Part shown: piece by piece, positions 23,972-32,000 of the stretch
Layout of the letters: every line of letters begins with the position of its first letter
Numbering within the stretch: position 1 is the stretch's first letter
The notes under the pieces: model-generated
Seen by the model: the letters and a program-made list of their open reading frames with translations, nothing else
Told to the model about the DNA's origin: nothing
The model's database searches: none
Position numbers and translations under genes: made by a program
Assembly: GCF_000400465.1 (NCBI RefSeq)
Contig: NW_008806279.1
Location: 60,001 to 92,000, forward strand
Length of the DNA stretch: 32,000 nucleotides
Direction: 5' to 3'
Source: Wallemia ichthyophaga EXF-994
Lineage: Eukaryota > Fungi > Basidiomycota

Positions 23972-24936
23972 TTATCTGAACAAAGCCCTTGCACTTGCAT
24001 TACTCACCCTATTATTACTTTTCTTGGCACTAGCAAGGAGATCTGTATGCGATGGGTGCATCAGCTTGTTTGGACGTGGTGTGACTGGTGGTTGTTGTGA
24101 GCATGCGCTTCTCTTCTTCGATTCTTCAACACCACTTGAACTACAACCACTTAAACTGCCAGTATCGACACAATCAACGCTATCCAACTGATAATCCTCC
24201 AATTCATCCTTCGCGTGCATACTCACTTTCGCACTCTCCTCTTCCTCCCTCTGAAGCGCCTCTAGTTGAGATGCGTGGTGGGCATCTGCGAATAGAAGAC
24301 GTGGCTTAGGGTTGGGTAAAGGTGAAAAGTCGATATGAGATTCAGGGAGGTGTGCACGCTGTTTAACAGCACTTGGGAGATTTTTGAATGGGTTTGTGAA
24401 TGCGCATTTAGCCCCACGGCTGTAATTGGTGTGAGTTCAGCCTAGCGAGAGTGAAATCAGTCAACCCACAATGAATACATCATAAAATCAGGTTCAGGAG
24501 AAGAAGTCCTCTTACTCTTCCCTTTAACTGGTCTTTTGTTTGTTGTACCAGAGAATATGTCATCGTCTGGGTCCTGGGTTGGTATAGCGTTTGCGTAGAC
24601 TGATTTCGAGGTACTTGGTTGCGGCGAGGTGTTCAAGTCATCCAAGCTATCATCAAAATCACTAAAGTTCAATTTACGCGGAGATTTGCTGGCATGTTCT
24701 TGGAAACCATCCTCCTCCTCATCATCATCATCTAAAAGACCATAAACGACGCGTCTTTTAGGATCCTTTCCTTTGTGCAAGTACGCGGATGGCGGTAAGT
24801 TGTCGTCAGAGCGTTCGTCATCGCTCGAACGCGTGTCGTTGAGCAGCTCGTCGTGGAGTGAGTGGCGGGGATGTTGATATTTATACTTCTTTTGTACGTG
24901 TATGTTATGAGGAGATTGTGGAGATCTTTTTGGCAT
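23972..24936 (-). CDS. Hypothetical low-complexity protein
   Basis: A GTGGGT...TTACAG intron after MMYS joins the 159-aa ORF to FRGAKCAFTNPF...DFSPLPNPKPRLLF and reads in frame into the 84-aa ORF. Confidence 0.65.
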
Positions 24937-25020
24937 AATTTTAATAATTTTGATTGTCGTCGTTTGAGTCTAAAAGCGGCTGACCCACTAAGTCTTCGAT
25001 AAGCAGCGAAATTTAGCAAA

Positions 25021-25662
25021 ATGAGCCAAGATACACGTTCGTACGCGTCAAATCAGCTTCCATTTGGCGATAAAGTTAAAGAATTTATCGATGATCAGAT
25101 TGCGGTACTTACAAAACCGGTGGACTGGAATGGCAAGATTCTCGCAGGTAGCACGATGAGCAAGGAGACAGTAAAAGCGATTTATGAACACGTGAATTTA
25201 GAAAGAGACGTCGTTATTTCCACTCATTTCAATCAGATTGCTAAAATGTCTGTCGTTGAGCAATTGACAGAAATACAGCGTGTTAAAGAGATTGATGAGA
25301 AGGAGAGACGCGAGGAGGAAGACAACGTCATCTTCATCGATAAGGGAAAGAGTAGCCTGTTGGCTGAGTTCCCGCAGCGGTGGCCTGGCGATGAGCATCA
25401 CAGAGATTCACAAGTAAAAAGATATGATCAGAAGATGTCAGTTTACAAGAGTAACCTTAAGCTTATCAATGACCAGAAGAATAAGATCGCAGAGTATAAA
25501 CGTCTCTATGAGATGTTATCCAAATTATCAGATGAATCCATCGAGCTGAATTGCGATGTAATGGAACAAGATACCTTTGAAGAAATCAATGACAGGCTCG
25601 ATGACATGCCCAATCAAGATATTAAATCAATCTATACCGCCAACCACTTGGATCTGTTGTAA
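25021..25662 (+). CDS. Putative kinetochore Sim4-complex subunit Fta4-like
   Basis: The pattern KEFIDDQIAVLTKP...QIAKMSVVEQL...FPQRWP...RY + coiled coil resembles the FTA4 family as I recall it. Not confirmed by search. Confidence 0.5.
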   Translation: MSQDTRSYASNQLPFGDKVKEFIDDQIAVLTKPVDWNGKILAGSTMSKETVKAIYEHVNLERDVVISTHFNQIAKMSVVEQLTEIQRVKEIDEKERREEEDNVIFIDKGKSSLLAEFPQRWPGDEHHRDSQVKRYDQKMSVYKSNLKLINDQKNKIAEYKRLYEMLSKLSDESIELNCDVMEQDTFEEINDRLDDMPNQDIKSIYTANHLDLL

Positions 25663-25690
25663 CCACCATCGTCTAACTTAGTATACTCAA

Positions 25691-26800
25691 ATGCACGCAC
25701 TCCTTCTAATACTGCTGCTTATAAGTCTAGTATATTCAAAACCATCTCTTCTCGTTTTACATGGCAGTGATTTAGATTCTTACACTCAGCTATCTGATGA
25801 GCTGGAAAATTCCTTTGATACGGCGTATAAGGATATACAGAGAATCAGTCAATATGACTTAGATTACAACAATCTGCTGCTACTCTCAGATACACTCCCA
25901 ACCAACCTCCACTACCCAATCTTAGATAATTTACAACACAACAACATCGTCATCACTTCAGAATCCAACAATCTATCAAATCTAGCTAGACAATTCAATT
26001 TACAGCTATCGAACAAACCAATTACCGCCTTCGATGGAGCTAATGAGCTGGAAATCCATTCAAACCCACACTCCTGCACGCTATCTTACAATGGCCACTC
26101 ACACTCATACATATCCAACTCACAACTTATCCATCCAAGTCTATCATCGCCACCCGCAACCTCTCACTCAAAGTCTCACCTCATTTCATCCCTCCAATCC
26201 ACCAAAAACACCAGAATGTCTTGGATTTCCAGTAAATCCTTCCTTAATGACACGTCGCTTTCAAACGAATGTAACAAACAATCTGCACTCGACGTACTTC
26301 TCTGGACATTCCAACAAAAGGGAGTTGTCAAGGTCACTCAAATGAAACACTACAAAACGGGTGAATCAGAGACACCCGAATATGTCTACAATGATGAATC
26401 GAACTTTGAGCTCCACCTTTCAGATGAGAACAATCAGCCATTCACTACGCACTCGCTCCAACTCGATTTCACTATGCTCGATCCACACATCCGCGCCCAC
26501 GTCCCCCCATCGCACATCTCCGAAGATGGTACATCTATGGTTTACAAGCTCACTTTTAGAGTTCCGGACCGTCATGGTATTTTCAAATTCGTTGTCGATT
26601 GGAAGAGACAGGGTTACTCATTCATAGACGAGCAGATGCGCACTACTGTCGCACCTATTAGACACGACGAACATCCACGCTTCCTTAATCACGCTTGGCC
26701 TTTCTATTCAGGCACCCTCTTTACTCTCGTCTCTTTTGTCGCTTTTGCCGCCCTTTGGCTCAGTTGGGATGATAAGATTAAGGGTAAAAAGAGTGAGTGA
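25691..26800 (+). CDS. WBP1: Oligosaccharyltransferase subunit Wbp1/OST48
   Basis: Signal peptide, LDFTMLDPHIR, FRVPDRHGIFKFVVDWKR, PIRHDEHPR, TM helix and a C-terminal KKSE (KKxx ER-retrieval) motif. Confidence 0.9.
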   Translation: MHALLLILLLISLVYSKPSLLVLHGSDLDSYTQLSDELENSFDTAYKDIQRISQYDLDYNNLLLLSDTLPTNLHYPILDNLQHNNIVITSESNNLSNLARQFNLQLSNKPITAFDGANELEIHSNPHSCTLSYNGHSHSYISNSQLIHPSLSSPPATSHSKSHLISSLQSTKNTRMSWISSKSFLNDTSLSNECNKQSALDVLLWTFQQKGVVKVTQMKHYKTGESETPEYVYNDESNFELHLSDENNQPFTTHSLQLDFTMLDPHIRAHVPPSHISEDGTSMVYKLTFRVPDRHGIFKFVVDWKRQGYSFIDEQMRTTVAPIRHDEHPRFLNHAWPFYSGTLFTLVSFVAFAALWLSWDDKIKGKKSE

Positions 26801-27252
26801 GTGAGCTTTGTGTTTTATTTATATCATTTAAAACATTATACACATCATATACATCTTAAATTTTATCTATAATGATCTCGTCCAACAATCACCATACCAG
26901 ATTGGATGATAATCTTTTGAACGAGTGCGAGTGGGAGCGAAAGTAATAGAAACGCTCTCAATCTTAATCAATGAGATTTTTCACTTTTCAAGCGTCGACC
27001 CTGGTTTCCATCTAAAAACACCTTGTTGAGGCTCCCACTCATGTATGACTTTCCAAAGCTGAAGATTTTAATATGCAAAGGCACTGACATTCCGTCTTAA
27101 CTATCATTTCAATACAGCTCAATCATGAAACTATTTGAGGTGTTCGACCTGTGCAAAAGGTTTGCTAATAAGCAGTCACACCCCAAGTTGACAAAGATAC
27201 ATCTCACAATAAACGACATCAACGCAGATGGCGCATGGGAGAAAGACTCTGC

Positions 27253-28144
27253 TCAAGTTTAGTGCTGAAATGAGGTCTGCGTATCTGCTAATCCAATACA
27301 TCACCCAAATGTTTTGGTTTCAACTCCAAAGCTCAAGTGTTTCATTATTTTAAGGCTCCAATAATGCTTACTAGAAAGTCTCACTTTTGCACCTTGAAAT
27401 CAACGCTACTAGCAACGTTTCTCTTTCAAGTTTATCAAGCTTGTGATTCATGAAAGAAGGTGGCACTCTGTAAATATCTAGTATTTATATATTTGTTTCT
27501 TTAAATAATCGCATCACCAAAGTCGAGCTGGCCTTTCTAAAAACACAATCCACAATCATCAGCGAGCGCAATCTCAACGAGCACGAACAAGCGCGAGGAT
27601 CAATAAAGCAGTTTATATTCATGCTAACGCTATCTTCATTCAGCGATGATTATATCCGCTGCCAAATTATGTTTCGAAGATGTCTCAGCCACATAGCATT
27701 GTGATTGAGTGCGAGTACTGAACTTGGGTGCGCTGTAAACCTGCTTCAAGAACAAGCTTAAGAAGAAGCATCCATAAAAACATGGAAGATATTGCAACTC
27801 ATCCAGGACAAAGATATTGATTATTTCGTGCTATCACTCACCTCATTGGTAACACGAACGTTGATGAGCAAAAATGGCACAAATGACGAAATATATTCAA
27901 CGCGTCGCTAGCGGACCAAAGCAAAGATTCCGAGATCCAGAAACGGATACAGATTTAGATCTATCGTACATATCTGACAATATCATCATAATGGGTTACC
28001 CTACACCTGCGAGTGAGAATAAAATAAGCAAAATAGCCGCGTGAATCTCAAAAATACTTTTAGACAATTATCAGGCGGTATTTCGCAATAACCAGGACCA
28101 AGTGAGGAAGCTGCTTGAGTGGGTTACAGTGCGTAGGAGGAGAG
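27253..28144 (+). repeat. Segmental direct duplication, copy 2 (partner at 13011-13877)
   Basis: Near-identical to copy 1, with an extra 25 nt at 27795-27819. Confidence 0.97.
27874..28144 (+). pseudogene. 3'-truncated PTEN/TEP1 fragment (exon 1, intron 1, exon 2, start of intron 2)
   Basis: ATG at 27874. It encodes the same first ~64 aa as 13607 onward, with one synonymous AGA>AGG change. Homology stops inside intron 2, before the catalytic motif. Confidence 0.85.
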
Positions 28145-28574
28145 AACTGCACGATAATTCTCAATAGTCTTGATCATTCTTGCATCACCGCGAACCTCCA
28201 CCTCCACCCACATGATCTTTAAGCGGTGATTCTATCAGCTGACAGCAGCTGTCAGGTTCAGCAGGTAGAACTAGCTGAGATTTATGCGGTCATGATCCTT
28301 GCGCGTGCTCGAAGGAAGCGTACAACAAAGTGGGTGATGCCGATCGAACGTTCCTGGAGAACGAACGAACGAGAAGTAACTGACGACAAAAGTCAGAAGT
28401 CAAAAGCACCGAAGCACACCTAATACAGCTGAGTCAGAATATATCGAGGAATGTTTCTTGGAATGTTTCGGCGTAGTTATGTCTGGTTCAAAAAAGGAGC
28501 ATGTTCATCGGCAATAATAATTTTATAAGAAGAAAGTAACGTTGACAGAATAAGCCTTACGAGAAGACTTCCAT

Positions 28575-29249
28575 ATGTCAGACATAAACATAAAGCGGGA
28601 AGCGATCTCTCAATCGTACAAACCATTTCACCACAAACACAAGCATTTCGACAGAGAGATCCTGGTGGAAGGAATGAGTATGAGAACTAAAGAAGAGAGT
28701 GTACTGAGGTACATGAGTCAATTTGGAGCAGTGGACACTCTATCGATATATTCCTCCAAACGCAGTCAAACGGCATTGCTCACATTAACAGATGCCGAGC
28801 ATGCGCGACAAATTAGTATCAGAGATCACTGGATAGACAACAAGCGAGTAAATGCTAGACTGTATATACTTGCACTGGCCAGCGGTGGATGTCTCACTGT
28901 CAATATCGACGGAATACCCCCATCCATCCCAGCTGAGGGGGTGGCAGAGGCGTTAAAATGTTTCGGAAGAGTTATCCACGCTAGCATCAAGCACAACAGC
29001 AATATAGGCAGAGCGTCAAAGGGATTTGGTGTGTTTTGTTTCGATTGTCCAGACTCAGCTAAAGATGCTGCCAAAGAGGGTGAACTGATGTTGGAAGGAC
29101 AGAAAGCGAAAGTAAGCTACATGGGAAGGACTCGCAATACGTTTGGGGCGGACAGTCGGGTGGGCGGGGTGAAGTTTTTGACAAGGATAAAAGTCGCGAT
29201 AAATTGGAATATTTCATGTGGTTTGTGCGGCGTGTGGTGTGCGTTGTGA
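28575..29249 (+). CDS. Divergent protein with two RRM domains
   Basis: RRM1 (ILVEGM...YMSQFGAV...ALLTL...HWIDNKRVNAR) and RRM2 (VNIDGIP...KCFGRV...RNP1 KGFGVFCF...LEGQKAKV). Intronless. Confidence 0.7.
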   Translation: MSDINIKREAISQSYKPFHHKHKHFDREILVEGMSMRTKEESVLRYMSQFGAVDTLSIYSSKRSQTALLTLTDAEHARQISIRDHWIDNKRVNARLYILALASGGCLTVNIDGIPPSIPAEGVAEALKCFGRVIHASIKHNSNIGRASKGFGVFCFDCPDSAKDAAKEGELMLEGQKAKVSYMGRTRNTFGADSRVGGVKFLTRIKVAINWNISCGLCGVWCAL

Positions 29250-29319
29250 ATAAGGACACGTCTAAAGTGGCGTAAGACATCCCAATTCCAGGAATATCAA
29301 CAAACACCTTGACATCGGC

Positions 29320-30018
29320 ATGTCATCATCGAGGAATATCGAAAGAATGAGCAAATGGAGCCGTAGGCTGCAGCGGGTACAGACGTATTCAGGGGTTGCT
29401 TTTGGTGGGTTCGCATTGCAGCACACGCTCCCAGCGCTGCTAGCGAGTGTAGGACAGCTGGAGCTGAGTGAGCAAGTGGTGATGATAGAGCGGGCAGTGT
29501 ACCACTCGCCGTATGTGGAAGTGGTGTGGGTTATTGGATCAATATCTGTGCACGTGATCGCCGGTATCTTGCGGCGTGTAGTGTTGAAGAAGACAGCGAA
29601 AGAGAATAATACGCAACACACACTCACCACACAGCAGAAAGCAGGCTGGATGCTGACGCCACTCCTCACAACGCATTACCTCATCCACCGCTCAATACCC
29701 AGTTTGGATACACCGCCTATACGCTCACTTTCACCGTCCGAACTCTCTTACCCGCATTTCGTGGGCTATGCAGTACAAGCACTCACACCACGCGCTGTCA
29801 TATCCGCTACTGCCCTCACCGCCCTCTCAACCCTCACCGTTTATCACAGCTTGGCGGGGCTATGGCGCGGGAAAAAGAACGCAAGGACAGCGCTGAGGTG
29901 CTCAGTCGTCAACGGCGTCAGCGTATTAGCTGCATTGGTTAATATGGGCAGAGCGTACTCCAGTGTGTCTTACTTAGAGCCTCGCTACGAAGCAGTGTAT
30001 GGTTATTTGGGGTTGTAA
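29320..30018 (+). CDS. MCP1: Mitochondrial membrane protein Mcp1-like (DUF1691)
   Basis: LQRVQTYSGVAFGGFALQH, RAVYH...SVHVIAGILRR, AGWML...HYLIHR, YH...GL: hydrophobic helices carrying conserved His residues. Confidence 0.65.
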   Translation: MSSSRNIERMSKWSRRLQRVQTYSGVAFGGFALQHTLPALLASVGQLELSEQVVMIERAVYHSPYVEVVWVIGSISVHVIAGILRRVVLKKTAKENNTQHTLTTQQKAGWMLTPLLTTHYLIHRSIPSLDTPPIRSLSPSELSYPHFVGYAVQALTPRAVISATALTALSTLTVYHSLAGLWRGKKNARTALRCSVVNGVSVLAALVNMGRAYSSVSYLEPRYEAVYGYLGL

Positions 30019-30102
30019 TTGACACGGAGGCAGACGCCGCACTAATTATACACTAAATATATCTGACATTGGAATACAAATAATGGACTTGAAATTATTC
30101 AG

Positions 30103-31550
30103 CTAACCCAGCTGAGGTGCTGGCGGGGCACTAAACCTGTCGAGCACATCGAGTGCATCGCGTACAGCGCCCATCTCGACGAGCAGTTTCCTTCTCTTAC
30201 TATTTGATATGAGTTGGTCGTGGGGGACGAGTTGTGGGAGTTGCAGTGAGGTGCTGTTGCGACGTGCGCTAGCATGGTTAGAAGTGTCAAGTTCATTGTT
30301 ACTGCTACCCATATCCACCCTCACTTCAGCATCGCGGTGGACATTCTCGAGCACCTTCTCAACCTGTTGATGCAATTCTGCGCCGGTACATCTCGTTCTG
30401 CTGCCAACGAGATCGGCGAGTAGTGCTAGATCTGCTAGGCCGATGTTAGGATGTGATTTGAGACGTCTCCAAGCATCCGAAGCGGGAATGGAGGGGGTGT
30501 GGGTGTTGTTAACCCGTTCTTGGGCTCTTTCTTCAGGAGTGCTTTCTTCAGCTTCTTCGTGAAGGTCCTTTTTCTTCTTTCCTTCTCCTTGCGAATACTC
30601 CTTATTATGTCCCGGACAGCCTTCGCACCTCGCGCCACCGCCATCCTGACAGACGCTCCCCTGCAGCGCTTCAAAGAAGGCACGACCGGGTTTGTCGTCG
30701 CGGCAGGCGAGTGAGTCATCTACTTGGCACGCCATGCAGTTGTCTGGGTCGCCACTGCATTCTGTCTGTACGGTGAAAAGTTTCTTAGACTGCGTGCGTT
30801 TCTTGCGGAGGGGCTGAGCGGGTGCGATGGAGGGTGGATTGTCGAGGATTTTTGTGGGTGGCGTGATAGTTTCTGTGGTTTCTACTGCTGCATTGTCTGC
30901 CTTGTCTGTAGCTGCCTCGGATATCTGCCGACAAACACACGGCGTCTCTTCAGAACAAAAGCCGCAGCTGAAAAACTTATCGAGATCGTCGTCGACGTGC
31001 AGTTTAATAGGTGGTGGTGGGGGGGTTGTGTGCTTGGTTTGTTGAGCGTGGGTGTTTGCTGCATATGCTGTATCTGCAGCTGTTGTGCTGAATTTACGCT
31101 TCATTGCTCTGCGTGTCTGTGTGCCCATTTCCAGCCGCCTTTTCAGATGAACATTCTCCTCTTTGAGTGTATCATTTTCTTGCTTCAACTTCTGTGAAAC
31201 CTGCTGTAATGCGATATGGCGCTGTATAGAATTACTCTCAAATTCCTGCAGACGCTGCTCGAGTTCCTGTACATACTCCTGTTTTCTCTCACGGAAAGCA
31301 CGCTGTGCGACTCTGTTTTGTGATTTGCGCTGGGAGTATTAAAGATGTTGCTTGGACTGAAAATAGCCACTCACATTTACAGGATCAGCCTCAATTGGCT
31401 TCCTTCCTGGCTTTGGTCTCGCTGGTATTTCCCAGTTTTTCGTAGGCTGTACGTAGATTTTGCCTGTTTCTATTGTAAAAAGGCTATCATACAGCACATA
31501 CAACACCTACCTGTTATTTCTTTCTGCGGTGCTGCCTTTATCGTCGACAT
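30103..31550 (-). CDS. hapX: HapX-type bZIP iron regulator
   Basis: Spliced N-terminus (two introns) gives the Hap4-like motif KNWEIPARPKPGRKP and the bZIP RKSQNRVAQRAFRERKQEYVQELE. Cys-rich CGFCSEETPCVC and CSGDPDNCMAC, plus DAWRRLKSHP. Confidence 0.9.
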
Positions 31551-31744
31551 GGCAGCTGCTATCAAAAATGATCTGATAACTCAAGATAAAGATCAATCGG
31601 ATCGAATCGGGTAATCAAAAATGTTAATTTTAAATTTGAGAAAGGGAGTTGCATTTGGATGGTGAAGGTTTATTAGGGATTGTTTATATTTAAATATTTT
31701 AAATCCAATTAATTCCTGCGTTTTTAGCTTCAAATTCAACTCCA

Positions 31745-32000
31745 ATGCGACCATCACTAGCCCGGCACACGCAATCGACCCTGGAAAGCATCGAAGGGAT
31801 TTTGAGTAAATCACCCACTCACACAAACCCCTCCATCCAAGATTTAGAGTCACTGCGCCCGCGCCAACTGCCGACGCAGCTGCAAGACAAGATAATTCTC
31901 TACGACACCGTCCACAAGCGGCTAGATAATGCATTTACTAAATCTCAATTACGTCACTTGATAAAGGAGCTTGAGATGCAGCCAGGGAGCAATCTCAATA
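31745..32000 (+). CDS. 5' end of a gene running off the window, possibly a mitochondrial Sls1-like N-terminal domain
   Basis: Open from the ATG at 31745 to the window end: MRPSLARHTQ...DLESLRPRQLP...RLDNAFTKSQLRHLI. The product call rests on a remembered motif only. Confidence 0.55.
   Translation, partial: MRPSLARHTQSTLESIEGILSKSPTHTNPSIQDLESLRPRQLPTQLQDKIILYDTVHKRLDNAFTKSQLRHLIKELEMQPGSNLN

Noticed and set aside
24194-24232. GTGAGT...TATCAG as a 39-nt intron in the 23972-24936 gene
   Set aside because: In frame, stop-free, shorter than the other introns and lacking a clear branch motif. It cannot be decided without RNA data, so it was treated as coding.
31593-31934. 113-aa minus-strand ORF from the ORF track
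   Set aside because: The plus-strand frame from ATG 31745, open to the window end, is the more protein-like reading. The minus ORF degrades into AT-rich promoter sequence.

Overview
Gene-dense fungal genomic DNA with very short GT-AG introns (about 43-70 nt) and tiny intergenic gaps. This style resembles a compact basidiomycete such as Wallemia, which is an inference and not a database match. I can support about 21 protein-coding genes after manual splicing: ApsA/Num1-like (partial), an Upf1-like SF1 helicase, COX13, UBC6, a roadblock dynein light chain, HOM3, an ankyrin+DIL protein, PTEN/TEP1, a La-motif protein, calcineurin A, a PLP aminotransferase, a LINKIN/ITFG1 homologue, two hypothetical proteins, Fta4-like, WBP1, a 2xRRM protein, MCP1/DUF1691, HapX and a partial Sls1-like gene. 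The main features the ORF track misses are: (1) a ~870-bp, ~99%-identical direct duplication (13011-13877 / 27253-28144) that copies the upstream region and first two exons of PTEN 14 kb away; (2) a canonical box C/D snoRNA signature at 6757-6873; (3) a start codon split by an intron (UBC6); (4) a 10-nt micro-exon; (5) divergent genes whose start codons are only 37 nt apart. I found no transposase, tRNA, rRNA or CRISPR signal.
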